Assembly (NCBI RefSeq): GCF_006345805.1
Contig: NC_042997.1
Location: 36,766,001 to 36,830,000, forward strand
Direction: 5' to 3'
Length of the DNA: 64,000 nucleotides
Source of the DNA: Octopus sinensis
Taxonomy: Eukaryota
The notes below the pieces were generated by a model that saw nothing but the letters and a program-made list of their open reading frames with translations, had not been told where the DNA came from and made no database searches. Positions within the stretch are counted from its first letter, which is position 1. Every line of letters starts with the position of its first letter. Below are positions 12,500 to 26,189 of this stretch, in pieces. The translations under genes were made by a program, and so were the position numbers.

Positions 12500-13900
12500 T
12501 GTGAAATGATCTTAGCCCATTCTCATGTTGCTAAAGCCCTAGAGTAGAAACACATTGGACTCGAAAATTAAGCATTAAGAACAATCTTTTCAACAATCTA
12601 CAAGAGGTTAATTACAATAATGCAGGAAAGAAATATCTTTAAGAAAGAAGTATTTTTCCGAAAGAGACAAGACGATCCTATAAAAGCTGCCACGGGTCTC
12701 ATATCAGAAGAATGCGGGGGAAATAAAGCTCCGAATACAGCTTAAAACCGTCTAACTGTATTTTTCATATATTGGTTTACGAATTAATAGGCGTAAGTAA
12801 TGTAGCAGTAATAACAATCTGGTACAATAATTATATCTGGAGTGAATGAAATTCGGATAATAAAACTCACAAGTTGAACGTTAAGAAAAAAATTAAGAGC
12901 AGAAATTCTACTGGGGATTAAAAACTGCATTAGAGAATTAGACGAAAAACAAAATTACAAATACTTAATAATCGATGAAAGAAAATGAATGAAAACATTA
13001 ATAAGAAACATTTTAGACACTTTAGATTTACACAAAATACAGAAATAATTTCGAAGCATACGAAATGGTTTACAATTACAATATTTTCAATTGAACCTAA
13101 CTAAAGGAGTGAGATACGAGAGACCCCCCAAAAAAATAAATAGAAAAAAACATGAAAATTTGACTTCGAAACATACTTATCCTCAAAACCAATTATTATG
13201 TAATTCATGCAACATGAACAAACCAATTATAAAATAATTCACTATAGTTAGACGTCGTAAATATTCATTGACCCACAAATATCTATTAATTTATCGACTA
13301 TTAATACAAAGAGCAACAGAAGCGGAAAACCAAAAAAAAAATATATATTTTCTTTTTCTGAAGAGCCGATATTTGATTCATAGATCTTTCTTAGAAGAAG
13401 AAAATGATGAAAAGAACTGAAGTGGAAATGTCGCTACAGAGTCTCATATGAAGTGATAACAAAATTAGACCCTACATAGCAAGCATTTGAAAAGCATGAA
13501 TGCACGAAAAATATGGTTGCTAGGAGAATTGAGGTTGAAAAATTTAAATTTATCACGGAATATCAAAGCCTTCCTTTTCAAACCGTGAAAGAGTATAATA
13601 AATAACATTACGCTACATAAATAAAGACATGGAGGCAGGGAAGAATGAATTAATACTTAATGTATTTCAGGCGATAGAATCGCTGCTAGACTTCGAGGTT
13701 TAAAACCCTGGAAGTAATGACATCTTTTCGGAAAAAGAAACAGAAATTAGGTTGTATAAAGATACACTAACAATTGTTCCTTGAGAAAGGGAACGACCGA
13801 CTATACTCGAGAATTTGTCAATCAAATCACAAGTATAACGATCAAACTTGATCGGCATGCTGTCGTTGTCAGGACAACGAAGTAAATGAAGATATCCACA
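12500..13900 (+). mobile_element. Highly decayed LINE remnant, possibly R4/Dong-like
   Basis: Short remnants IRELDEKQNYKYL, WLLGELRLK and CCRCQDNEVNEDIHI (knuckle-like); many stops. Confidence 0.35.
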
Positions 13901-14059
13901 TATAAATATCTAGAAAGGAGAGGAAATACGCCTCCTATGATAACTCATTAGAAACTTTTAATTGAGCAGAAAGATATGAGTGTAAACAAAGAAACACACC
14001 TAGATACATGCATGAACGTATATAGAGAGATAGATAGGTAAATACATGCATGCATGCAT

Positions 14060-14093
<34 letters not shown>

Positions 14094-14128
14094 GTGTGTG
14101 TATGTATCTATATATCTTTCGTGGTGAT

Positions 14129-14420
14129 CCGTCGGTTACGGCGAAGAGGGTCCCAGTTGATCCGATCAACGGAACAGGTTGCTCGTGAAATTAACTTGCA
14201 AGTGGCTGAGCAGTCAAAGACACGTGTAACCTTAACGTAGTTCTCAGGGAGATTAAGCGTGATACAGAAAGTTCTGGTGAAAGACTACAGTAGGGTTCGC
14301 CTGTCGGTGCTTCGGTGAGGATTAGGTGTTTTCGCTCAATAAACAATCACAACGAAGATCGAAACCGCAATCCCATGACCGCGAGTCTGCTGCCCTAACC
14401 GCTGGGCAATTGCACCTCCA
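14129..14420 (-). mobile_element. tRNA-derived SINE, family B (internally deleted)
   Basis: Matches 47507 and 51387 copies in head (A/B-box-like) and tail (GATCAACGGAAC...GACACGTGTA-CCTTAACGTAGTTCTC). Confidence 0.85.
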
Positions 14421-15456
14421 CACACAGACACAAGCATACACACACACATACGCGCACTCATATATATTATGTATTTACATATATAATCAAAATAAGCAAC
14501 AGGATATCAAGGGGTGATGCCGTTTCAAGCGGCTCTATTTAATTATACAATACAATCATTACATCAATTGCAAAGCAGGACTATCCTCAGCTGCATAAAT
14601 AATTAAATAGAATTTTTAATCAGTTGGACATGTTAATATAATTTTACTCAAATACTCTAAAAGAGCAAGAAGATGGAACGTGTCTATGTCGCCACTAATG
14701 TAGCTAAGAATATACTACACTTGTAAGAATTGCATGAAGTTTGTTGGTATCGCAGCTTGTATAGGATTGTAGTTTATTTTGAATATATTAGTCTTTTTAT
14801 CAACTTCCATATCTAAGATTAGAGGACTGTGTCTGTTAAGAATGGAGGGCAGGAGTGATTTGATAGGCCATAGCTGGATATCGTCATAAATATTGTCAAG
14901 ATTCTAGGATTAGTATAGAGTAACTCTCTATAAAGGAGGAAGGGTAGGGGAAGACTCCAAATAAATATGTTAATTACCAGTCAGAGGGTCAAGACGCTAA
15001 TAAATCCTATATGTTAATACAGAGGAAATTATTATGGGGTACTAAGGGTGATTGCATATAAATACTTTTGTTATGTTGTATAAAAGTAAAACTTAAGATT
15101 ATTAAAAATGATATTATAACCGAAATAAATAAATGTGCATATATACCAATTTTCAAAATTGGAAAGGGAAGATTCCATAGAATTTGTTTTCAATATTTAT
15201 GTACTTAATTATTTACTTGTTAGTTTATATATATATTCTTACATTTATATACATTTATATATATTCATTGATATTGAGTAAACTTTATCTTTCAACATAC
15301 CCCAGACAAAGAAATCAAGGAGAGAAAGGTCTGCTGAACGAGGGGACCATTCCATATGACCCCTTCTTCCAATCCAGTGAGAAAAAGTGTCATTAAGCCA
15401 CTCTCTAACAGCTGTGGCAAAATGGGTAGGGGCCCCATCCTGCTGTATGTATATGG

Positions 15457-15493
<37 letters not shown>

Positions 15494-16286
15494 TATATAG
15501 ATATATATTTATATATATATATATATAGCTGTATATGTATACATGTATATGTATAGCTGTATATGTATAGATGTATATGTATAGATGTATTTCTATAGAT
15601 CTCCGTGTATGTCTAGTTGTATATATATATATACACAATTCATAATTTTTTGGGAAAAAATTTTTATCCTTCATTAGATATAAATATATATATATATATA
15701 TTTATAAAACATAGTTGTTGAACCGGTACTTCAAGTAACGACTAGGCTAGAGTAACTGACTGCTTATTGTGATCATTCGTCTTTTGTTTTCCTGTAGCTT
15801 TGCTCTCTTTTACAAACCCAGTGAACATATATTTCCTATTTCAAAGAAACTCAAACAATAGTTATAAGACCCAAGTTAAACCGATTTTCAAGAATTCATA
15901 TTCTCTGGTTGACATTAAGATGCCCACTCCCAACAGGGGCCTTAACTCTCACATTTTAGAGCTCCATGACCTTAAATGTTTAGGAGCAAAATCTTTTTAA
16001 GAGGTTCAATAAGACTGGAATTTTGGAATATCCGCATAAAAATCAGTAGTATGGGATGCATGTGGCACGATTACAATTTTCTTACGGTGTGTAAAGAGGG
16101 AAATAACCCTAATCTGCAATTTTGATGAAATTCGAAACATAGATATTCCAGTTAGATATTCCATATCTTTCTGTTATATTTTCTGTAATGAACTGGAATA
16201 TCTATGTTTCGAATATATATATATATATTATATATATATATATATGTGTGTGTGTGGGTGTGTGTGTGTCTGTGTGTATATATATA

Positions 16287-16335
<49 letters not shown>

Positions 16336-16894
16336 ATGAGCGTGTGTGTGCGTGTGTATAAAATAGTGTACGTATTTATACACAAAAGAGGTGACCTTTA
16401 ACAGAATACTTTACATGATGGGAAAAGCAGTAAACCAAGATTAAGCGTAAATTGAAAAGGAATGAAAAATAAAAATATTTCCATAGTAACCCTCTAGAAT
16501 CGAGTTTCTGCATTAATGTGCAAATAGATTAATTAGCGCTCGTGTTTCTTCACTAAGGGCGCTAAGATTAATGCATATTTATGTATCACTGAGAGCGCAG
16601 GTGCTACATACTATTTTCATTATACGTCTCCAAATAGAGTTACATTCGGCAGCAAATAATAATAAAAATTTAAAACTGCATAACCATCAGCTATCATTCT
16701 ATTCATAACTTGAATTTCTTTTTCTTTTCTCTGATCAGCGGCAGGGATAAGACGCATTCTTGTGTGTCTCATTACAGATTTTTTTTCAGCCTTCACTAGC
16801 TCAACGTTCAGGCTTAGCAGCCCTTCCTGTTTCTATTCACTGACCTGTTATTGTTACCGATTTTGATCCTCCGCAAATTCACAAATTTTATGTA

Positions 16895-17100
16895 ATTTGC
16901 TTTGCAGGGGCAACTGTTTTTCGAACACGTATCTCGCGTTTAATTGCTCGAAATATAAAGTAGAAAAACAGCCGACAACTGATGAACTGTCGTTTTGTAT
17001 GCTGCTTGTTTTGTTTTATGCTTGCTTCTTTCGTTGTTGGGAAGAATGTTCGCATTCCACGTTTTCCTATTTCATGTTGCTTACGTTCTGTGGTATCCTG
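16895..17100 (+). mobile_element. Dispersed repeat, probable PLE terminal-repeat fragment
   Basis: GCAACTGT...GCTCGAAAT...ACAGCCGACAACTGATGAA also occurs in reverse orientation at ~17650-17760 and ~53110-53200; the PLE assignment is inference. Confidence 0.5.
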
Positions 17101-17315
17101 TGTCCATATATGCATGTGTATATGCATACATACATACATATATATATAAAGTTAATCCAAACAAGAAAGTACAAAAAACACAACAACGCAAGGACGTGGA
17201 ACAAATATAGTATTATTGGACGCTCAGGAAAGAAGGAAAGATCCAGAGAAGGGAAGACAGAGGAAAAAAATCGCCAACGGTACACACGAGATCACACACA
17301 CACACACACACACAC

Positions 17316-17382
<67 letters not shown>

Positions 17383-17504
17383 AGAGAGAGAGTGTGTATG
17401 CATACATATGTATGCATGCATATATATATGTGTGTATATATATAAATTTAGTTGGAAAGAGATGCGTCACGTCAAATTAAATGACATAATAAATAATATT
17501 ATAT

Positions 17505-17548
<44 letters not shown>

Positions 17549-17589
17549 ACATGATGTTAACATTGGTGCAAATAATAGACAATACTTAA

Positions 17590-17840
17590 ACAAAAGAGGG
17601 AAAAACGAGGGAAATACGTAAACAACGAGAAACAAATGGGAAACTGGACCAGTAATGATAGAAAGGGGACCCTTCAGCAGTTGTCGGCTGTGTCTCTACT
17701 ACTGATTTCGAGCATTCAACGAGAATATGAATCTTCAAAGACAGTAGCTCTCATAAATTCTAAAATAAAATGTAGTATTTATAGACGGTCTAAGTTGGGA
17801 ACAAAAACATGACAGTGGAGACATACAATGAAACCGAACG
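17590..17840 (-). mobile_element. Same dispersed repeat, inverted copy
   Basis: TTCGAGCATTCAACGAGAATATGAATCTTCAAAGACAGTAGCTCTCATAAATTCTAAAATAAAAT aligns with 53150-53220. Confidence 0.55.
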
Positions 17841-18198
17841 AAACCAAACATGGATCGCCATTAGAAGACAACGAGAGGAAAATAGTGTACGGGGGTGGAA
17901 ACTCTTTTTGGGAAAAGATAGAAGAGAGAGAGAGAGAACATGTCCGCTGTTTTAACGTCCGTGCAGGAAGAAAGGTGTTCACGTAAGGAAAAGAATGATG
18001 GACGATGGTAACGTCTGAGGAACGAGAGAGAGAGAATATGAGAAAGAGGGGTGAGAGACGCAGAGAGAGGAAACGGCGAAGGAGTGAGAAGTGGAAGATA
18101 GGAATTAGAGAAGTATGGAGGAAGAAAACAGTATAGAGTGAAGATAAACGTACTTGCAAACGGTTGTGTCGCGTTCAATTAAATAATGAATAATAAAC

Positions 18199-18244
<46 letters not shown>

Positions 18245-18398
18245 TATATATATATAATGTTTTTTTTTTTTCGTATATTTTCATTTGTCTTATTTTTAAA
18301 CTTTGGTTTTTGCTGAATTTTATTTTTGAGAACACATTCTTCGTGGTAAATGGCGAGTTTGACGTCTATATCTAGCATACAGGCTGTCGTCTTAATTT

Positions 18399-18432
<34 letters not shown>

Positions 18433-18564
18433 AGATATTAAAACTCGGAGCGGAGTTCACTTCGCAAAGGGGAAAGAATAAGGGGAGACTAATTCTAGAA
18501 AGGGAGATGTTATGGAAGGACTCGAACCACTCACCATGTGACTTAAGATGGACTGACTCATTGC

Positions 18565-18610
18565 TATAAAACAAACAACAGTGAGCGATTGGCAGTTCAG
18601 ATTGGTAAGC
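18565..18610 (+). promoter_or_regulatory. Candidate core promoter and short first exon
   Basis: TGACTCA at 18554-18560, TATAAAA at 18565-18571, Inr-like GCAGTT ~27 nt downstream, donor GTAAGC at 18605. Confidence 0.25.
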
Positions 18611-18796
18611 AGTTCACAGTGATTGAGACCGTTGAGTCTCGCATATACATGCCTCCTGTAAACATTTCTTAGTAGTCACTTCTCCCTTGAAAGCCAGATG
18701 TAATGCAACAAGTGATTGCGTCAAACACTCAAACTAAATGAAAAGTAAATCATAATCCTTTCTACAATAGACACAACACCTGGAACTTTGACGGAT

Positions 18797-19048
18797 ATGC
18801 TTTCTCGATTATATCAATCCCAGTCCCAAATGGTGTTTATTCTATGGATGCCTCTGCTTCTGTCCCTGTTGTTGTTGTTATTGGTTGTGGTGGTGGTGTT
18901 GGTGGTGTTGTTGGCTGTGTCTGTGACCATGTCAATTAATAGCGGAGAAAATAATGTTTTTATGGCTATTCCAACAGCCATCACTTTCCTCGATTTGCGA
19001 AGTTTTATAGCTGCTGGATCTCATATTGAGGAACCCTGTCTTGAATAG
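18797..19048 (+). CDS. Candidate exon encoding a hydrophobic-leader peptide (83 aa if unspliced)
   Basis: Acceptor TTTCTACAATAG at 18770, ATG at 18797, long L/V run, donor GTAAGT at 19048; no recognisable homology and the hydrophobic run is microsatellite-like. Confidence 0.25.
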   Translation: MLSRLYQSQSQMVFILWMPLLLSLLLLLLVVVVVLVVLLAVSVTMSINSGENNVFMAIPTAITFLDLRSFIAAGSHIEEPCLE

Positions 19049-20135
19049 TAAGTTAAAATTCGAACGTTCAATTTCATTTCAACAAACTTTCTAACACGTG
19101 TTAAGTGTTATATACATTTTAAAACATCCTATCGCTAAAATTGAAGCTATATGATTGATTTCTATTATATATCCATATTACAATACAGTTTTGCAGTCAT
19201 ATAATACCCGTGTTAATATACATTGTATATTGATGTGTATTCTTCCGTTTTCCTACTATTTATGTTAACTTTTCCACTGGCTTCGAAATTCATATGATCC
19301 TAATAATCTATATTCTACAAAGATACCGGCATCTATTTTACACCCCTCTAGAAAATAGTATATGCCTTTAATATGTAAAAGAATGCTCATATGAATAGCG
19401 TGTTTTGTTAGAAGTTACTTCCATGCATTCAATTATATTTACAGCGTAGGCCAACTAAGGTTAAAATTCTTAAAATAAGCATTATTCTTATGAATGAGTA
19501 GAGAATTGAAAAGGTATTGTGAAGGTGTCATGGACACGTTCAATCTAATCAAGCGAGTTTGACATTCACTAATCAAATCTTGTAAAACACACGATGCAGA
19601 ATTGCAGACTACTCTCAATAATCTTAGATTAGATAGGTATCATTATGTCAAATAACAGTCGAAGATTTGACATTTGACCTAGATTAACATCATTCATTTT
19701 AAATTTCGTGATCGTTAATGCTATCAAGAAATAAATAGGTTTATTTGAAGAAGTACGTGTGCCCTAAGACATCAATAACAGCGAAGAATGGTGCTTAATT
19801 GAAGTTATAATCGTCAGCAATAAATTAGTGCCTTCTAAAATCGTATGGAAGTTTAAACGACCGGTATACTATAATATTCACGTACATTCATGTGAGAAAT
19901 ATATCGGAAGTTTATTTATATCTCCAAATAATAACAGACAACAAAAATGAAATAGAAATTCATATACATTTTCTGGTTGATATATCATACAATATTGCCT
20001 TGGATGATTCAACAATGCTGATGATACAAGCATCAGTTTATATATACACACGAGGATAGATATATTATATATAATTAACACTCATCTTATATGTATACTT
20101 TGTTAATATACATTATATATTAATGTGTATTCACA

Positions 20136-20226
20136 TTATCAGACGGGTAGTCATGATGGGTATGTTGGGCTTCGTATATTTTACTCCGGTGTCACTTTGA
20201 TGGCATCCACCGCTCACTCATTCAAC

Positions 20227-20273
<47 letters not shown>

Positions 20274-20472
20274 GAAGAAGAAGAAGAAGAGAAGAAGAAG
20301 AATGTCTCATGGAAGGCTGCAACATTTTAACAGATAATTTTAACACATGGTTCAACATTTTGAGCGGGACAGGCATTTGAGGGGAACGGGCTATTCGGGC
20401 TAATTTTAACTGCAAGGTATCGTATATTTATATCCTAGTGTCACTTTGATGACATGCGCTGCTCTCTCACTC

Positions 20473-20551
<79 letters not shown>

Positions 20552-21130
20552 GCCCTGATGCAGTACCAGGCAGTGGCTCTCATGGATTCTGATCTTAACT
20601 GATTGGAAGTGTTATCATGTACATTGTTTTGTCTTGGTATAAAAGATGGGCTACAGCAAATATTCTGCTCAATACCACAGATTTGCTTGTCAGTTGTTTG
20701 ACCTTAACCAGTTGAGCATGTCCCTTAGTGGCTGACGATATGTGCATCTCTGATCATGAGCAGAAGTAGTGGGGGAGCATCATAGCCATGTGTTGAGAAG
20801 GATTCTTTGGAGTTTGAATAATTCACCTCTGGAAACATGGGTGTTTCGTTCAACGTCCTTAAACAACCCTTATTCAGGGACCTTTTGAGCGGCATGGGTT
20901 ACTCGATCTGAAGAAAATTCTAACTGGGCTCCACCTGCAAGGTCATGTGCTGTTTATCTTGATATGAGATCACCATGTCGCGCACATATGGTTGTGATGC
21001 ATGTGCCCGGTGTACCCTTATCAGACGGGTAGTCATGATGGGTATACTGGGCTTCGTATATTTTACCCCAGTGTCAATTTGATGGCATGCTCTGCTCGCT
21101 CACTCAATAATAATAATAATAATAATAATA
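20136..21130 (+). mobile_element. Array of three (AAT)n-tailed retroelement copies (one ~555 bp, two partial)
   Basis: Shared 3' end ...CGTATATTT..(C)CAGTGTCA(C/A)TTTGATG(G/A)CAT...CTCACTC(A)-(AAT)n at ~20224, ~20473 and 21105. Confidence 0.8.
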
Positions 21131-22851
21131 AATGCACTGATACTTCTGAGAGAGATTGGCCACCCTGCTTGTCTTCTCGCCCCAGTTCTTCTCAACCTGA
21201 ATATCCGGACCAAACCATAGGCGGAGGAATTTTGGCGGTCACTTCGTCCCTTTATGTTTTTCGAGGACATAGACCTGCCTCTCAACGTGCAGGCCCACTG
21301 AATTTTCTTGTTTAATTTTTGCTCCTCTTATTGCCTCAAAGTTTATTAGAACAGTACTGAGTAGATTTTCAACAAGGTGACTGTGACATCACTTGCGTTT
21401 GCTGACACGATTCATTCACATCCTAGCTTGCGCCAGATGCTTCAAAACGCCTCCAATTTATTTTGTAATCGTTCTGAAACCTGTACGTATAGGAGAGACG
21501 GATTGAGTGCGTGATACAAGATGGTTCCAATATAATACCATTCACCCGACCCGAGCAGATGCACCTGAATATTTCGGAGATCCAGCCAGAGAAAATGGGA
21601 TCGAAAGTGGCTGCTGTGCGTACCACGCCAAGTATTGGTGGGTACCCTCGATTGACCCACACATGGCAGCTCCTTTATGTACCCTTTTTACGATGTATCG
21701 AAGGAGGTGTAAGTCATCGTGGATGGAGATGCCTCGGATGATAGATGATTGCGCATCACCAATAGGCTCATCGGCGAAAAGCGACAACCTATTTCAAATC
21801 TGCATTCAACATCGTTATAGGCCTGAAGTTTTCTGTTTCATCCCACTTTCTTAGCAGTGCAACCGCACCTGAACTCACAGAACTAGGTATAGTTCCCTTC
21901 TGCTGCCAGTTGTGGTAGATATCTGCTAACAGGCCGTCAAACTGGTCTAGCATGATATAGTAACGCTCGTAAGGTAGACCATCCAAACCAGCCGAGTTGC
22001 CCCCTTCTGTTTGTGGCCCACCACCTCATGCCGTATTTCCGTGTCAATTATCGGTATTTTCGCCACGCTCGCCTCCACCTTTGCCGATAGTCGTGGCATG
22101 TCGTCAATGTAGGCACTGAAGTTCACCATTCATTAAGGCGAAGTGCTACTGAAATGTCGAATTTTTGTTAGGGCCTGTCTGTCATACGCCTATTTAGGTC
22201 CACTAAAGAGTGAATTCTTGCTTTGTTTCCACATCTGCCAAACGGGTCCATCGAGCGGATTTCCTTCCCTCGTTTCTTAGAATACAAGTCACCACTCTGA
22301 CAATACTTTCACCACATTTAACTTGTTCTAAGGTCAATTTCACCGCAAGCATGTCAGTTGTAATTCACTTCACAAGTGCCTCTTTGAAAATTCTTACAAA
22401 CCAAAGCAATTTTAATCTAATTGCCCTTTTGAGGGTAAACCACCGTTTGTTGTTAACGAGTGACCTCGTCAACGCCCTCTGAAGTAATTTACTAATCTGG
22501 TCTCTCTAAGCTGGGGACAACAGGAATGACGTATTCAGCTCCCAGTAAGCGTGTCCATACCTAGGAAGTCTATCTAACCGACTATTTTAAAACTGTGTAC
22601 AACTTATACTATCATTGTGTACCGGCCGACAAGATACTCTATCTAAATACAGATGACAGGATGCAGATTGTCTTTGCCTACATTGGCACATTCATGAAAT
22701 CCAGTTGATATCTTTCAGGCAGTTGAAAACATCTGAACGAGTTTGCTACGATTTTGCATTCCTCCACCTTTTCTTCAGCTGGAACCAGGCATGGCGCTTC
22801 AGACGAAGGAGAAGAAAAGGAAGAAGAAGAATATATGTATGTATGTATGCA

Positions 22852-22900
<49 letters not shown>

Positions 22901-23290
22901 GCGGAGGAACTCTTGAGGGTCAACGGCCATCCAATAAATGTCTTAAGGCTGGATCATGCGCGAAGACAGAAATTCTCGAGCCCATTGGATTGAAAGTAAG
23001 TTTCCCCAGACATGATCATGTACGTGTACAATTTGGGATCATGACACCGTATTAGGGTCTGTGTTTATAGTACTTTGGCTTCACCTGTTGTACCAACTCT
23101 ACCTTGTATGGAAAAAGGTCTACTGAGAACCCTTTGCAGCGAAATTTGTGAAATCCCCTGCTGTCTGGATAGATTTCGAATCGACGGGCCCAGATTCTGT
23201 TCAATACTCTCGCACCCTCGTACCCTTACCTCATCGGTTCTGACAGTACGAGTTCTCTCAAATCGTGGGACTTCATTTACTGTGCCTTTT
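21131..23290 (-). mobile_element. Tx1/L1-like LINE ORF2 remnant, interrupted at ~22690-22890
   Basis: GLPYERYYIMLDQFDGLLADIYHNWQQKGTIPSSVSSGAVALLRK...ENFRPITMLNADLK; WFGPDIQVEKNW; endonuclease-side remnants at 22890-23290. Confidence 0.85.
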
Positions 23291-23884
23291 TTTTAACGAT
23301 GAACTACGTTCCCAATTATGTTTTCTCTTGAGGCAATTCTCTCTTGAGAATGCCAACGATAGGGTCTCTGCATTCGAATAATCGACCTCTGGTACTTAAT
23401 GGAAATTTTTACCGCTTGGGCGTGTTATTCGGTGCTATATTATTCCCTGATTACATTCTAGGATCTAGTATATAAACATCCTTGACAAGAAAAGAAAAAT
23501 TTCCAAAAATATTAGAAGTATCAAGAACTGCAATCCCTCAGAGACTTTTAGGCCACGCTGTACATATATGTGTGTGTTTGTGAGTGTGTGTAGTTCAAAT
23601 TTACTGAAAAAAAAAGATGAAGACAAGTGGCAATGGTATGACCTGGGGGGCCAGTGTGATTGACATGGTGAATATTATTTCTCCTTGTACAGTTGCATGT
23701 TGACGACTGATGGTAACAGAGTCAGGGAGAGACTCCCTGAGGGGCTGATCTGCTGCGGGAAGGAAATATCAGGGAGATGAAATATGTAGAAAACGCGTGC
23801 GTGTTGATTTATATATATATATATATATGTATAAAATATATACACACACACATACATGTATATCCATAAATATACACACATATA

Positions 23885-23952
<68 letters not shown>

Positions 23953-24509
23953 AACGTTGGGCTTCCGGATTATCACTTGCGTCATAGTTGCGCAATATTC
24001 CAATAATAAACTATATGTATGTACATACATACATACATACATAAAGAAAAGCACACACGCATACACGCACGCACACATGCACACACAAACGCATACACAG
24101 AGTAATTATTGAAATACTGCACAACGTTGAAGCCTGTGATAATCCGGAAGCTTAATGAAGTCAACCACGATTTTACTTTTAGTGAAACTTCAAAACGATA
24201 CGTATTTACACATAATATGAAGTGATAAGTATATTATGTGTTATTCCAATATATAGCACGTCTATATTTTCATATCACTCTTCGTTTTAATTGTACTAGT
24301 TTAGTCATATTAAAGTGTCCTTATAGTAGCTCTCTTCATTTTGCCAGATATATTGGGCACGTTTTTCAAGCAGGTGTATATAGAAAAGTCTTTTATATCG
24401 TGAGCCTTCGCTCTTCGACAGAAAATATTTAAAGGAAGAATGATGGAGAGAGAATGAAAGAAACGAAGAAATATGCAGCGTTCAATAATCGGTTGGTTTT
24501 GAGCTCTTT

Positions 24510-24760
24510 AAAAAATTCCTCGTAGACACTTAGAATTGTAACGATCACCTTGATGAATTTAGTATCCACTACTATTACGGTGACGTCATTCTCATATGCC
24601 ATTACAGATATTCCATTTACCAGTTTGTGTGCTTTACTGCGCAATCTCTCTAGTTTTTGCAGTATTGATTCAGGAAAACTGAGAAATTTGACCGGCTGAG
24701 GGCATGATGCTGAATGATTTCTATAAGTTGCCATTTCCCGAAAACAACGACCACATGAAT
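24510..24760 (-). mobile_element. Tx1-like RT fragment
   Basis: LQKLERLR...SVMAYENDVTVIVVD (degenerate YADD region). Confidence 0.7.
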
Positions 24761-25925
24761 ATTTCCATAGTTCACCTTATGAAGACGGGACTATGACTAA
24801 TATTAATATACGATCCAATTGAAAGTTTTCAGTTCGTACCCGGCCTCTCTGTATTGGATTTTCTGAGATGAAGGATGTCGTTGATAGATTCGTTAGGAAC
24901 TTCTCATGACAGAGCATCGTCAACATCAAGCGATTTATAAGTCATTGGATGTCATGTTAGTATATTTATTAGACCTTTTTATTTTAACTTCCTGTTTTCA
25001 ATTATTTCTTTCACACTCATAAGCAACGTGAATCTGCTACGGGCTTTTTCTTGGGTATTTTTATTTAAATAGTAGGAACACTATCAAATATGTATTGCGT
25101 TTTTAACGAGTCGAGGATATGATTTGTACAAGATTTAACTTGTCAGCATCTAGCATGTAGAGCAACGCTTCAGATGATCACTTTGGCACAATAGATCATT
25201 AGTGATTAAATTAAAACTTATAAAGCATCTTTTCAATTTCACTTTCTAATTAAAGAAAGAAATTGCATTACATCAATAATTCCGATAAATTACTAAAAAG
25301 AAAAAAAATGTATCGTTTAATAAATTCCGTAAAATTATCAAACGTGCATGTTCAAAATTTTGGTAATTTTCAAAATATTTCATTAACTTATTTCTCGAAG
25401 GTAATAATTTATTATATGAAGCAATGTAAACATTAATAACTTATCTTCTGTTTAAATTTGTGTTTCACAATATTGTGTTGTAATATTACCGGTAATATAT
25501 TAATATAGCATGTGGAAAAAAATTAGACACGTATATATGAAAGTTTTATCGTGTAGTTTCAATTCATCTTGAGAATTCATATATGCATTCATACACAAGC
25601 AGATATATATGCTGATAAATTCATTGGCATGCACAGGTAGATACATCACACTCACATACTAATACACACATACATACATACATACACAGACACAATTAAA
25701 CACACCTCCGCGTTCACTGGTAGGCAAACCCACACGCATATATAGGAGTCAAAACCGTTTAAAATATATATGATTTTGTAAAATATTGCCTAATACGCAA
25801 ATTGAAATTTATGTAATTATGTGTGCGTTGCACACATGTGCCTGTGTGTACCTAGAGAAAGGTCCATATATATATATATATATACATACATATATATATA
25901 TATATATATATGAGTGCGTTGTGTG

Positions 25926-25961
<36 letters not shown>

Positions 25962-26189
25962 CACATATATATTTATGTATAAATATATGTATATGTATGC
26001 ACTATGTATTTATGTATCTATGCATGTCTGTCAGTCAGTCTCTCTCTATTTCTCTCTCTCTCGCTCTGTATGTGTGTGTGGTGTGTGGTGTGTGTGTGTG
26101 TGTTTTGTGTATAGGCTAGCTCCAAAAATATATACTAGCTTGGAATCATTACAAGTTAGTGTCCATTAAAATACATATTTGTTTTAAAG

